NCBI RefSeq assembly: GCF_000020025.1
Contig: NC_010628.1
Coordinates: 2,730,001 to 2,762,000 of the forward strand
Source: Nostoc punctiforme PCC 73102
Lineage (GTDB): Bacteria; Cyanobacteriota; Cyanobacteriia; Cyanobacteriales; Nostocaceae
DNA: 32,000 bases
Reading direction: 5' to 3'
Shown here: in pieces, positions 8,317-17,742 of the stretch
Layout: the number at the start of each line of letters is the position of its first letter
How positions within the stretch are numbered: the first letter of the stretch is position 1
Made by a program: the position numbers and the translations under genes
The notes under the pieces: generated by a model
What the model saw: only the letters and a program-made list of their open reading frames with translations
Database searches by the model: none
What the model was told of the DNA's origin: nothing

Positions 8317-11028
8317 ATGATGACAACTCCAACCCAAGAAGAAATCAGATTAGCAGAAGCCCAAAATCAGATAGCCCATTGGCGCAGATGGGGGCCATAT
8401 TTAAGCGATCGCCAATGGGGAACAGTACGCGAAGACTACAGCCCCAACGGTACAGCCTGGGACTATTTCACCCACGATCAAGCCCGTTCTCGCGCCTACC
8501 GTTGGGGTGAAGATGGAATTTTTGGTATTTCTGATAATCATCAACGGCTTTGTTTTGCGATCGCTCTTTGGAATGGTGAAGATTCTATTCTCAAAGAGAG
8601 AATTTTTGGTCTAACTGGTAGTGAAGGTAATCACGGTGAAGACGTTAAGGAATATTACTTTTATTTAGACAGCACCCCCACACATTCATATATGAAAGCG
8701 CTGTATAAATATCCTCATGCAGCCTTTCCCTACTCCCAATTAGTTGTAGAAAATCAACGCCGAAATCGTCAAGAATCAGAATTTGAACTACTAGATACAG
8801 GTGTATTTGATGACAATCGCTATTTTGATGTTTTTGTGGAATATGCCAAGCATTCTGCTGAAGATATTCTCATCCAAATTAAAGTAGTCAACCAAGGTAC
8901 AGAAGCTAGGACATTGCACCTGTTACCTACCCTCTGGTTTCGCAATACTTGGTGTTGGAATGGAGATGCAGATAAACCGACTTTAAAAGAGATTAAATCA
9001 GATCGTAGCTTCAATATCATCGAAGCATCTCACCCAACTTTAGGAAATAGGTGGCTGTATTGTCAAGAAGCAACAGAGGTTCTCTTTACAGACAACGAGA
9101 CAAATTATCAGCGATTATTTGGTTCTCCCAATACCTCGGCTTATGTTAAAGATGGCATTAATGACTACATTATAAATGGTCAAAAATCAGCAGTAAATCC
9201 CGATAAAATTGGGACAAAAGCATCTGCTGATTATGTGTTAACAGTTGGAGCAGGTGAAACTAAAACTATTAAATTGCGGCTTAGTAATGCACCGAATTTA
9301 GTTGAGCCATTTGGTAATGAATTTGAGGCAATTTTTAGTCATCGACAACAAGAAGCTGGGGAATTTTATCAACGCATTACTCCATATCCTCTCAGCGAAG
9401 ATATGCGAAATGTGCAACGACAAGCATTTGCTGGGATGCTGTGGAGCAAGCAATTTTATCACTATATTGTAGAGGATTGGTTGAAAGGCGATCGCAACAC
9501 ACCAACACCCCCAGCAGAACGGCAAAATGGTAGAAATCAAGAATGGTTCCATCTCTACAATGAAGATATTCTTTCTATGCCTGATAAGTGGGAATATCCT
9601 TGGTTTGCGGCTTGGGATTTAGCATTCCATACTATTCCTTTGGCAATGATTGACCCAGATTTTGCAAAGTACCAATTGGATGTTCTCACACGGGAATGGT
9701 ATATGCATCCTAATGGGCAAATCCCTGCTTATGAGTGGGCATTTGGTGATGTTAATCCCCCTGTTCATGCTTGGGCAACTTGGCGCATTTATAAGATTGA
9801 ACAGAAGATTTATGGGCGAACAGACCGACAGTTTTTAGAACGGGTTTTTCAAAAGCTGATGCTCAATTTTACCTGGTGGGTAAATCGAAAGGATGCTGAG
9901 GGGAATAACGTCTTTCAAGGAGGATTTTTAGGATTAGATAATATTGGCGTATTTGACCGCAGTGCATCCCTTCCCACAGGTGGACATATTGACCAATCTG
10001 ATGGTACTAGTTGGATGGGTATGTACTGTTTAAATATGTTAGCGATCGCTCTAGAATTAGCCAAGACTAATCCTGTTTATGAAGACATTGCTACCAAATT
10101 CTTTGAGCATTTTCTCTACATAGCCGATGCGATGAATAAAATTGGCGAAATGGAAGCCAGTTTGTGGAATGAATCAGATGGATTTTACTACGATGTGCTA
10201 CATTTACATGAACGGCAGATTACCTTAAAAGTCCGGTCAATGGTGGGATTAATCCCCCTATTTGCTATTGAAAGCATTGAACCAGAAACCTTAAAGATGC
10301 TTCCTGGCTTTAAGAAACGGCTGGAATGGTTTATCCAAAACCGTCCTGACTTACGGCAAAATGTAGCTTGTATGGAAACAAAAGGAATTGGTGCTAGAAG
10401 ATTATTAGCAATTGTTTCACGGGATAAATTAAGAAGTATTCTGCAAAAAATGCTGGATGAAAGTGAGTTTTTTAGTCCTTATGGTATTCGCGCAGTTTCC
10501 AGATTTCATGCTGAACATCCCTATACTTTTGATGTTAATGGTTCACAATTTCGTGTAGATTATGAACCTGCTGAATCTAGCAGTGGTTTATTTGGTGGTA
10601 ATTCTAACTGGCGCGGCCCTATTTGGTTTCCGGTGAATTTCTTACTAATTGAATCTTTGCAAAAATTCTATTATTACCTGGGCGATGATTTCAAGGTGGA
10701 ATGTCCTACCGGCTCTGGTAAGATGATGACACTTTGGCAAGTTGCATGTGAATTATCTCAAAGATTAACTAGAATTTTCTTGCAAAATTCCTCTGGTCAA
10801 CGTCCTGTTTATGGTGGGATACAGAAGTTTCAAAATGACCCGTACTGGCAGAATTTAATCTTATTCCATGAGTATTTTCATGGTGATAATGGAGCCGGAA
10901 TTGGAGCCAGTCATCAAACTGGATGGACAGGTTTAGTTGCTCAACTTATTCAGCAATTTGGTGAATATGAAGCACAACATCAGGAACCAAAAATTGAGCA
11001 GGATAAAAAGGCGATCGCCATAGCATAA
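8317..11028 (+). CDS. GH63-like (MGH1-like) glycoside hydrolase / glucosidase
   Basis: 903-aa ORF. The N-terminus ([21 protein letters not shown]...[15 protein letters not shown]) and the (alpha/alpha)6-type C-terminal half ([22 protein letters not shown]) resemble the bacterial GH63/YgjK-related family as I recall it. Confidence 0.7.
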   Translation: MMTTPTQEEIRLAEAQNQIAHWRRWGPYLSDRQWGTVREDYSPNGTAWDYFTHDQARSRAYRWGEDGIFGISDNHQRLCFAIALWNGEDSILKERIFGLTGSEGNHGEDVKEYYFYLDSTPTHSYMKALYKYPHAAFPYSQLVVENQRRNRQESEFELLDTGVFDDNRYFDVFVEYAKHSAEDILIQIKVVNQGTEARTLHLLPTLWFRNTWCWNGDADKPTLKEIKSDRSFNIIEASHPTLGNRWLYCQEATEVLFTDNETNYQRLFGSPNTSAYVKDGINDYIINGQKSAVNPDKIGTKASADYVLTVGAGETKTIKLRLSNAPNLVEPFGNEFEAIFSHRQQEAGEFYQRITPYPLSEDMRNVQRQAFAGMLWSKQFYHYIVEDWLKGDRNTPTPPAERQNGRNQEWFHLYNEDILSMPDKWEYPWFAAWDLAFHTIPLAMIDPDFAKYQLDVLTREWYMHPNGQIPAYEWAFGDVNPPVHAWATWRIYKIEQKIYGRTDRQFLERVFQKLMLNFTWWVNRKDAEGNNVFQGGFLGLDNIGVFDRSASLPTGGHIDQSDGTSWMGMYCLNMLAIALELAKTNPVYEDIATKFFEHFLYIADAMNKIGEMEASLWNESDGFYYDVLHLHERQITLKVRSMVGLIPLFAIESIEPETLKMLPGFKKRLEWFIQNRPDLRQNVACMETKGIGARRLLAIVSRDKLRSILQKMLDESEFFSPYGIRAVSRFHAEHPYTFDVNGSQFRVDYEPAESSSGLFGGNSNWRGPIWFPVNFLLIESLQKFYYYLGDDFKVECPTGSGKMMTLWQVACELSQRLTRIFLQNSSGQRPVYGGIQKFQNDPYWQNLILFHEYFHGDNGAGIGASHQTGWTGLVAQLIQQFGEYEAQHQEPKIEQDKKAIAIA

Positions 11029-11063
11029 ATCCGCCTAAATCACTGCTTTCATAACAGGAGATC

Positions 11064-11188
11064 GGGCTATAAGTCAATACCGTTCAGAATGAGCAACAAA
11101 ATACTTGTAGAGACGGCGATTTATCGCGTCTCGAAAACCCAAAATTGTTACCAGTAGCCCTTAAATGAACCGTATTGGGCTATAAGTC
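11064..11188. repeat. MITE-like element (101 bp) bracketed by a 12-bp direct repeat
   Basis: GGGCTATAAGTC occurs at 11064-11075 and 11177-11188. The inner ends AATACCGTTCAGAATGAG and CTTAAATGAACCGTATT are imperfect inverted repeats. An internal hairpin GAGACGGCGAT/ATCGCGTCTC lies at 11110-11132. Confidence 0.5.
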
Positions 11189-11206
11189 TGTATCTCAAGC
11201 TTTTCT

Positions 11207-11314
11207 ATATAGCGATTCTCATTGATGTGAGGCACACCCGTAGGGGCAATTCATGAATTGCCTCTATACCTTGCAATTTAACATTGTACTGCATTTGAAT
11301 GGGAATCGCTATAT
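11207..11314. repeat. Second hairpin/MITE-like element
   Basis: ATATAGCGATTCTCATT (starting at 11207) pairs with AATGGGAATCGCTATAT (ending at 11314). A central perfect 18-bp palindrome GGCAATTCATGAATTGCC lies at 11245-11262. Confidence 0.45.
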
Positions 11315-11348
11315 CTCAATACAAAAATAACTCAAGGAGAGCAATAAA

Positions 11349-12365
11349 TTGAGGATTCAACAAAAAGAACATTCTCGCTTTCGCTGGATTAATTTACATT
11401 CGTCTCAACTATCAATTCAGGAAGACACAGATATTATTCAAGGACTAAGCAATCAACCTAAAACCTTACCATGCCGTTACTTATACGATGACCAAGGATC
11501 AGAACTATTTGAGCAAATTTGTGAACTGCCAGAATACTATCCAACTCGCACCGAGCAAGCAATTTTAGAAACATCTGCCCTAGAAATCGCCCAAATGACA
11601 GGTTTATGTACCTTGATAGAACTAGGTAGTGGTAGTTCTCGCAAAACTCGCCTGTTGTTAGATGCATACAGTCAATTTCAACAAGAACTGCAATATTTCC
11701 CCATTGATGTTAGTGCCGGAATTCTTCAAACTACTGCTTTAGATTTGCTTCATCAGTACCCGAAATTAAACCTTTGCGGTTTAGCAGGAACTTACGAACA
11801 AGCGCTAGCACAGCTTCCACCTGCTGAATTTGAGAATCGAATGTTAATTTTTTTGGGGAGTACGCTAGGGAATTTAAATGAGCAAGAATGTAACGACTTT
11901 CTCACTCAAATTCAACGAGCATTGAAACCTGGAGAATTCTTTTTATTTGGGGTGGATTTGCAAAAGCCAATAGAAATTATCGAGGCAGCTTATAATAATT
12001 CCCAATCTATAACAGCAGCTTTTAATTTAAATACTTTGCACCATCTCAATCGACGCTTTCAAGGTAATTTTGAAGTCAACCAATTTGAACATTGGGCTTT
12101 CTACAACCCAGTAGCTCACCAAATTGAAATGCATCTACGAAGTCTCAAAAATCAAACAGCAGTCCTAGAAGCTTTGGATTATCAGGTTTCTCTCCAGTCT
12201 GGGGAAACAATTCGTACCGAAATATCCCGCAAATTTCATCTACCAACTTTAGTTTCTGTTTTAGAGAATCATGCACTCCAGCCATTACAAATCTGGTCAG
12301 ATCCTCAAGGTTGGTTTGGGTTAATATTATGCCAACGTCAGATTACAACTCATGAATATCTATAA
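11349..12365 (+). CDS. egtD: L-histidine N-alpha-methyltransferase (EgtD-like, ergothioneine pathway)
   Basis: 338-aa ORF with a TTG start. PKTLPCRYLYDDQGSELFEQICELPEYYPTRTEQAIL and ELGSGSSRKTRLLLDA are closely collinear with mycobacterial EgtD from memory. No egtB is in the window. Confidence 0.7.
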   Translation: MRIQQKEHSRFRWINLHSSQLSIQEDTDIIQGLSNQPKTLPCRYLYDDQGSELFEQICELPEYYPTRTEQAILETSALEIAQMTGLCTLIELGSGSSRKTRLLLDAYSQFQQELQYFPIDVSAGILQTTALDLLHQYPKLNLCGLAGTYEQALAQLPPAEFENRMLIFLGSTLGNLNEQECNDFLTQIQRALKPGEFFLFGVDLQKPIEIIEAAYNNSQSITAAFNLNTLHHLNRRFQGNFEVNQFEHWAFYNPVAHQIEMHLRSLKNQTAVLEALDYQVSLQSGETIRTEISRKFHLPTLVSVLENHALQPLQIWSDPQGWFGLILCQRQITTHEYL

Positions 12366-12487
12366 GCAGAAAAATACTTCTGCCCAAAGTTTTTATCGCC
12401 GAGTTGGGTTTGAAGATTGCTATCTAATGACAAAATAGCTGAATAAACTCGGTTCTTCGTCTATTAAATAAAGGAGTTCACAACCTC

Positions 12488-13165
12488 ATGTCAATTCATA
12501 ATTTTACTCCCTCCCGTCAGTTATTACGCAACTTGTCCATCATTTCGCTGACTTTTGTACTCCTATACGGTGCATCTCGTGTGATGCTTTCTGCTCCCGC
12601 CACTGATATCTCGAATGCTGCACCGCAGGGAAAGCAAGTAGCGGTTTTCGCTGGTGGCTGCTACTGGGGAATGGAAGCGGTTTTTGAGCATCTATTAGGT
12701 GTTTCTGATGTTGTTTCTGGCTTTTCTGGGGGTGATGCAAGAACCGCAGACTACACACTTGTCAGTGCTGGATTAACTAATCATGCTGAATCAGTGAAAA
12801 TCACCTACGATCCATCAAAAATATCATATAACCAGCTTCTCAAGGTCTACTTTTTGGTAGCCCATAACCCAACAGAGTTAAATCGACAAGGGCCCGACTC
12901 AGGTAAGCAATATCGTTCGGCGATCTTTTTTGCTAACGATGAGCAGAAACAGGCCGCACAAGAATATATTGCTCAACTCAACAAATCGCGAGTCTTCGAC
13001 AAGCCGATTGTGACAGAATTAGATCCTTTGAAAGGTTTTTATCAGGCTGCGGCATACCATCAGAATTATATAGTGCATCATCCGAGCGATCGCTATGTGG
13101 TAGTGAATGACTTGCCGAAACTGGCTAAACTTCAAGCAAAGTTCCCTGATATGTATAGCAAGTAA
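12488..13165 (+). CDS. msrA: Peptide-methionine (S)-S-oxide reductase MsrA with an N-terminal signal/anchor
   Basis: 225-aa ORF. A hydrophobic N-terminus is followed by the FAGGCYWGMEAVFE active-site motif. AAGGAG lies upstream. Confidence 0.85.
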   Translation: MSIHNFTPSRQLLRNLSIISLTFVLLYGASRVMLSAPATDISNAAPQGKQVAVFAGGCYWGMEAVFEHLLGVSDVVSGFSGGDARTADYTLVSAGLTNHAESVKITYDPSKISYNQLLKVYFLVAHNPTELNRQGPDSGKQYRSAIFFANDEQKQAAQEYIAQLNKSRVFDKPIVTELDPLKGFYQAAAYHQNYIVHHPSDRYVVVNDLPKLAKLQAKFPDMYSK

Positions 13166-13200
13166 GGGGATTTACAGCATTCGACTTTTAACATCCCCTT
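13164..13200. terminator. Hairpin between the convergent msrA genes (possible bidirectional terminator)
   Basis: AAGGGGAT (13164-13171) pairs with ATCCCCTT (13193-13200). The loop is a large 21 nt and the T-tract is weak. Confidence 0.3.
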
Positions 13201-13214
13201 GAACCAGTGAAAGA

Positions 13215-13706
13215 TTAGCCTATCCTGTAAGACGCTCGTCCATGCTTCTCCAGATATTGCTGATGATACTTTTCCGCTCTATAGAATTGTGATGCAGGTA
13301 AAATCTCCGTCACAATTGGATTTTTGTGATAGCGAGAACTATTTTCAAGCTGCTCCTTGGAGGCTCTTACTAATAATTCCTGCTCTGGAGTGTGGAAAAA
13401 TATCACCGACCGATATTGATAACCAACATTTAGCTCCTCGTGGTTTGATGCTGTGGGATTGTGCTTATTCCAAAACACATTTAGCAGTTGATCGTAAGAT
13501 ACTATTGCTGGATTGTATTCCACTTCCACTGCTTCAGCATGTCCAGTTTTGCCTCTACAGACATCTTCGTAGGTTGGATTATCAAGGTGTCCGCCACTGT
13601 AACCAACTGCTGTAGAAGTTACTCCTTTTACTTGACGAAATGCTGCTTCAACTCCCCAGAAACAGCCTGCTCCAAATGTCGCTTTTTGTAGATTAGCGTT
13701 TTGCAT
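13215..13706 (-). CDS. msrA: Peptide-methionine (S)-S-oxide reductase MsrA (cytoplasmic type)
   Basis: 163-aa ORF with ATFGAGCFWGVEAAF and YHQQYL motifs. Confidence 0.9.
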   Translation of the reverse strand: MQNANLQKATFGAGCFWGVEAAFRQVKGVTSTAVGYSGGHLDNPTYEDVCRGKTGHAEAVEVEYNPAIVSYDQLLNVFWNKHNPTASNHEELNVGYQYRSVIFFHTPEQELLVRASKEQLENSSRYHKNPIVTEILPASQFYRAEKYHQQYLEKHGRASYRIG

Positions 13707-14004
13707 ATTTTTGATAACTATTTTGTGATAATTTTAAATGAAACTCATCAAATCAGACAGATACTTTATAAGTAAATATTTTCTAAATCCTGCCTGATTT
13801 ATTTTAATTATTACAATTACAGATTATCCTGATACGAGTATGATATAAAGCTGAATATTATCTAAGAATTGGAAAAAATAGTTAAATCTAAAATTAATAT
13901 ACTACTACAGTACGGCGTAAATAAAACACCCATTCCAAATCAATGAAAGGCTTGCAGTATCGGAATTACGAACTTGTACTGCCCTTCGACTTCGCTCAGG
14001 AACC

Positions 14005-14078
14005 GCGTAGCCGTACCACTTCGTGGAAGCAAGTACACGTAGCGTATCGTAGAGAAGTATTACGAATTACGAATTACG
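14005..14078. repeat. GC-rich small dispersed hairpin repeat followed by AATTACG heptamer copies
   Basis: GCGTAGCCGTACCACTTCGTGGAAGCAAGTACACGTAGCGT (14005-14045) has a reverse-complement relative inside the CDS at 20561-20630. tattacgaattacgaattacg follows at 14058-14078. Confidence 0.7.
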
Positions 14079-14088
14079 CCAAGCGGTA

Positions 14089-14733
14089 CTAGCTTTTGCT
14101 AACTATAGGAATATTTCTTAGAATACTCACTATTTCAATTGGGTCTAACCGTTTAGTATAATCTGCATCAACAAAAGCATAAACGATTTTTCCGTCTCGA
14201 TCGACTACAAATGTAGCTGGAATAGGTAGTTCAAAAGACTCATCTCCATTGTATCTAGGTAACACATGACCCTTTGACTCTAATATAGGTCTTAGATACT
14301 CCGGGATTTGAAACACAATTCCAAATTGACGAGCAATCATATTGCTGCGATCGCTCAATACTTCATAAGTTAGTTCATGTTTTTCTACAGTTGATATGGT
14401 ATAATGAGTAGTCTGAGGTGAAATAGCAATTATTGATGCTCCTAATGTTTTAATTGCAGGTAATGCTTGTTGGAGTCCTGTTAGTTCCAACTTACAGAAA
14501 GGACACCAAGAACCTCGAAAAAAGGAAATAACCACAGGCCCACTAACTAGTAGTTTTTGTAATTCTACTGCTTGGCTGAAAGCATTAGATAGAATGAAAT
14601 TAGGAATAATATCTCCTACCTTTAAAGTTTGGTCAATTATACCTGAAGAAATTAGACTTGTCGGGAAATAAGAGAGAATAGACAGCAGTGGTAGGGAAGA
14701 ATGATGCTGAATATTGAAGGTGCGCTGAAGCAA
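14089..14733 (-). CDS. Peroxiredoxin-like (AhpC/TSA/redoxin fold) protein; present ORF is a chimera whose first 27 codons come from the end of an IS
   Basis: ISFFRGSWCPFCKLEL is a thioredoxin-fold motif. The ORF-track start at 14733 lies inside the IS5-like element (14654-15656). Native coding sequence is 14089-14653 plus 15657-15691. Confidence 0.75.
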   Translation of the reverse strand: MLQRTFNIQHHSSLPLLSILSYFPTSLISSGIIDQTLKVGDIIPNFILSNAFSQAVELQKLLVSGPVVISFFRGSWCPFCKLELTGLQQALPAIKTLGASIIAISPQTTHYTISTVEKHELTYEVLSDRSNMIARQFGIVFQIPEYLRPILESKGHVLPRYNGDESFELPIPATFVVDRDGKIVYAFVDADYTKRLDPIEIVSILRNIPIVSKS

Positions 14734-15656
14734 GACCGACTGTTGAGGGCATTAACTGGGTTGAACCGGAAAGCATTTGATGCCCTTTTGCCCACGTTTA
14801 CCACGATGTACCTAGATACTCAACAGGCCAAGCCTCGTCAACGTGGCCTGGGTGGAGGACGCAAAGCCCGCTTACTTACAGCCCAAGACAAATTGTTTTT
14901 CATCCTTTTCTATTTCAAATGTTATCCGACCTTCGATGTGGCGGGACTGCTCTTTGATATGCATCGCTCCCAGGCACATGAGTGGATGCATCGATTGCAG
15001 CCAATATTAGAAGCGGCTTTGGGACAGAAGATGGCGCTGCCGGAACGCCATCTCGAAAGCATTGAAGCATTTTTGTCACGCTTTCCAGGAGTGCAACGAG
15101 TGATGATTGATGGGACAGAACGCCCAATTGCGCGACCTCAAGAAAGAGAACAACAACAACAGAATTACTCCGGTAAAAAGAAACGTCATACGCGTAAACA
15201 CTTGGCGGCAGTTGATGAAACCAAACGGGTCTTGATCTTAAGCAAAGCACGAGAAGGCAAACTGCATGACAAACGTTTTCATGACGAAGATGACATTGCA
15301 GGTAGTGTGCCTGATGAAATTCCGATTGAAGTAGACTCGGGCTTTCAGGGATTACAGAAGCAGTATGACAATCTCCATCTTCCTCACAAAAAGCCCAAAG
15401 GGGGCAAGTTAAGTGACCTTCAAAAAACGGAGAATCGTCAATTGAGTCAATCCCGTGTAGTTTGCGAAAATGCCTTTGCTGGTGTGAAGCGCTACAACGC
15501 CGCCAGTGTCATTTATCGTAATCGGATTGAAAACTTTGATGACCATTTGATGCTGACCGCAGCAGGATTATGGAACTTCTACTTGATGGCTGCTTAAGAG
15601 AATCCCAATTACAAGACCAGCATTGCCTCACTTATCTTTTATTTCCCGACAACTCT
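14654..15656 (+). mobile_element. IS5-family-like insertion sequence (~1.0 kb)
   Basis: The terminal inverted repeats are AGACTTGTCGGGAAATAAGAG (left) and the reverse complement AGAGTTGTCGGGAAATAAAAG (right). They are flanked by ATT on both sides (14651-14653 and 15657-15659); a TA duplication is an equally possible reading, so the boundaries carry about 3 bp of uncertainty. Confidence 0.8.
14701..15597 (+). CDS. DDE transposase (IS5 / Harbinger-like DDE_Tnp_4 type)
   Basis: 298-aa ORF. MIDGTERPIARP...YSGKKKRHTRKH...EVDSGFQG...VCENAFAGVKRY are typical of this transposase type. Confidence 0.8.
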   Translation: MMLNIEGALKQDRLLRALTGLNRKAFDALLPTFTTMYLDTQQAKPRQRGLGGGRKARLLTAQDKLFFILFYFKCYPTFDVAGLLFDMHRSQAHEWMHRLQPILEAALGQKMALPERHLESIEAFLSRFPGVQRVMIDGTERPIARPQEREQQQQNYSGKKKRHTRKHLAAVDETKRVLILSKAREGKLHDKRFHDEDDIAGSVPDEIPIEVDSGFQGLQKQYDNLHLPHKKPKGGKLSDLQKTENRQLSQSRVVCENAFAGVKRYNAASVIYRNRIENFDDHLMLTAAGLWNFYLMAA

Positions 15657-15691
15657 ATTAGCTCATTTTTGATAGACTCTGTAAAATTCAT
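15657..15691 (-). other. Displaced original 5' end (MNFTESIKNEL...) of the peroxiredoxin-like gene
   Basis: Removing 14654-15656 plus one copy of the ATT duplication joins ATG AAT TTT ACA GAG TCT ATC AAA AAT GAG CTA in frame to ATT TCT TCA GGT (ISSG...). An in-frame stop lies 11 codons upstream of this ATG. Confidence 0.7.
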
Positions 15692-15737
15692 CGTAATTTT
15701 CCTGAAAGTTAACTTATACTTTTATGTACCTTTCTAG

Positions 15738-17005
15738 CTGAAGGGGCGACATGAAGCCTATAAAGCTGACTGTATAAGCTTCATAGCTCTCATCCCTTGT
15801 AAATAATTCTCTAGTTTATGACGACTTAATCGCATTAAATCTTGAACTAAACTCCAACAATCACCAATGAAATTAACCCAGTTCTGTGCATAAAGACCGA
15901 TATAAAAGTTACTATGCCTTCTGTGAGAACGTCCATATTCTTTGGGACGTGCCACATATTTTGCAATTCCTTTACTCTTAATATTCTGACCTTGTAATGT
16001 AGCAATAGTGTAAGCTAATGAGATGATTAAAACTAAAGCAATAAACCGCTTACCTTCCACATTTGTCTTCTCTAAATTGTAACCGCCACTTTTAAAATCT
16101 CTAAACATCTCTTCTATATCAAAGCGCTTTTGATATGCCGGAATCGCCGTTATTTTACTATTCATGTTAGTTAAAATAAACCATCCTTCTTTGGCTTTGT
16201 TTTGACGGTAATTCTTTTTCCATTTGCAAGCCACATTAAATCCCTTCACTTGTTTAGTTTTTGTTAGCGTTGCATCTGATACAAAAAAAGATGTTCCTGG
16301 TTTTAAACCTAAATCTTTTATTTCGCACCATAAATGAGCTTTCAACTCAATATTCTCATTTTTCTTGAGTCTCAAACAAAACTCAAACCCTTGTTCATCA
16401 AGCCATTCCGCCAAGCTCACTGAACAAAACTCTCTATCTCCTAACACTACCGTTTTATAGTTTTTAAATAAGGGAATTATCTTTGATAATGCCTTAGTTT
16501 GTTCTGATAAGTTACTACTACCTAATTTTGCTAAAAGCTTAAAGTATATCGGTATAGCTCTTTTTTGAAAAATTACACTAATCATTAGTAGATTTTTTCT
16601 TTTCCAATTCGTCCTATCAATTGCTAAATAGATTCGGTGATTTCCGAGGAAAGTTTGAGCTAACCATCGTTCAATTATGGGAAACCATAATTCTTCTATA
16701 TTCAATATTGGTAATGATAGAAACCTTTGTAACTTCTTCCGTCTCGACTGGCATTGAATGAATAATGGTCGCGACTCTGATATTTTCTCTAGTTTCACAT
16801 CTTTGATATTTTGTACTACGTTAATCACCAGCGTCAGAAATATTAATTCGGACTGTGAAAGTAAACTTTGTAGATGCTTCTGGTATAATTCAGGTAATAT
16901 TTTCAACAGATAGGTCTTATTGACAATACTGACCTATCTTTTTTTACCATAATTCGCTCAACTTAATACAGCACAAAGGCTTTCGGGTGCTTGTCCCCCC
17001 TTCAG
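15738..17005 (-). mobile_element. IS4-family insertion sequence (1268 bp) with a 9-bp target duplication
   Basis: CCTTTCTAG occurs at 15729-15737 and 17006-17014. The ends are CTGAAGGGGCGACATGAAGCC and the reverse complement CTGAAGGGGGGACAAGCACCC. Confidence 0.85.
15758..16906 (-). CDS. IS4-family DDE transposase
   Basis: 382-aa ORF with LAIDRTNW (D), VLGDREF (D) and YQKRFDIEEMFRDFK, which is the Y-2-R-3-E-6-K signature of the IS4 family. Confidence 0.85.
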   Translation of the reverse strand: MKILPELYQKHLQSLLSQSELIFLTLVINVVQNIKDVKLEKISESRPLFIQCQSRRKKLQRFLSLPILNIEELWFPIIERWLAQTFLGNHRIYLAIDRTNWKRKNLLMISVIFQKRAIPIYFKLLAKLGSSNLSEQTKALSKIIPLFKNYKTVVLGDREFCSVSLAEWLDEQGFEFCLRLKKNENIELKAHLWCEIKDLGLKPGTSFFVSDATLTKTKQVKGFNVACKWKKNYRQNKAKEGWFILTNMNSKITAIPAYQKRFDIEEMFRDFKSGGYNLEKTNVEGKRFIALVLIISLAYTIATLQGQNIKSKGIAKYVARPKEYGRSHRRHSNFYIGLYAQNWVNFIGDCWSLVQDLMRLSRHKLENYLQGMRAMKLIQSAL

Positions 17006-17394
17006 CCTTTCTAGAGAAATACTGTTGCAGTAAATTTACTGAAATAAGAAAAGTAGACCCTTGGATTTGCATTACTGGGATAATTGCTTTAGGTTCCAAG
17101 GCATGATTATCATCTACTATTCTTGTTGTTTTTATACACGTTAAGCCATCCGTTCAATGAGCCGGGAATAATCCGTTCAGCACAAGTGGCGCAAGTGTTT
17201 TCGTCGCTTAGTAGTTCGTACAATAACGGCTTGAAACTGAAGCGTTCGCGCTGTTCAATTAAAATAAGGGGACTGCCACCAGCTGTTCAGACGTTGCCAG
17301 TCAACTGCAACAACTTTAGACATAAATTACGAAACATAATCTTTAAGCGCGAGCTTCTTCCCACGAGAAGAATAATTGAGAATGTATCGCTAAG

Positions 17395-17673
17395 ATGCAG
17401 AAACCACCCATGCCGAAAAACTGGATTATTAAAGTAGACAACTATTTTCATGCAAACCCCAATTGCATCATCGCCACCGCCCATGTGGACACGTTTCCCG
17501 CAAACCTACCCCTAGAACCCAACATCCGGGAACCTAACCGCAAAAGTGCGACATACCGACAAATCTTTGACTCTGTGACGACTCAACCAGAAAAATTCTT
17601 CTCTCGTCACAGTGGAATCGTTCTGTCAGCGAATAAAGTTAAGCCCAGCAAAAACAAAACCGAACTGGAGCTA
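17395..17673 (+). pseudogene. 5' fragment of the ferritin-like-domain gene, cut by the IS630-like element
   Basis: The frame is open from the ATG at 17395 to the TA at 17672-17673. After removing the IS it continues in frame into 18935-20026 (...KTELEL|AYLATVEHALAVQYLYAYYS...). The true start is uncertain; an in-frame GTG inside DSVTTQ is an alternative. Confidence 0.6.
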
Positions 17674-17742
17674 GTAGTGTACCAAGGTAACTTTGCTAAG
17701 TAAAACCTCTAATTGGTAAAATAGCCAAAAACGGGGTGTAAC

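Noticed and set aside
4551-9838. Short ORFs nested in or antisense to larger genes (4551-4922, 5404-5685, 6194-6382, 6998-7213, 7397-7606, 7782-8075, 8820-9020, 9298-9552, 9650-9838)
   Set aside because: Each lies entirely or largely inside a longer ORF with clear domain signatures. Their compositions are low-complexity or Cys/Ser/Leu-rich, as is typical of off-frame translation.
11458-15250. Antisense or off-frame ORFs at 11458-11667, 12540-12758, 13289-13615, 13488-13691 and 14915-15250
   Set aside because: They are embedded in egtD, the two msrA genes and the IS5-like transposase, and have no independent support.
17123-17484. ORFs at 17123-17437 (+) and 17287-17484 (-), and a start-less or frameshifted minus-strand frame (~17110-17321, MSKVVAVDWQRLNSWWQSP.. 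/ ..IEQRERFSFKPLLYELLSDENTCATCAERIIPGSLNGWLNVYKNNK)
   Set aside because: The two track ORFs are basic and low-complexity and overlap each other. The minus-strand frame looks more protein-like but needs a frameshift and matches nothing I can name, so no call is made.
17395-17673. Resemblance of PNIREPNRKSATYRQIFDSV...FFSRHSGIVLSA to the AIPR abortive-infection family motif (NVR...vn..I..tl....F...NNGITI)
   Set aside because: The match is short and from memory only. The segment reads in frame into a ferritin-like domain, which is not an AIPR architecture. I kept it as an unknown N-terminal extension.
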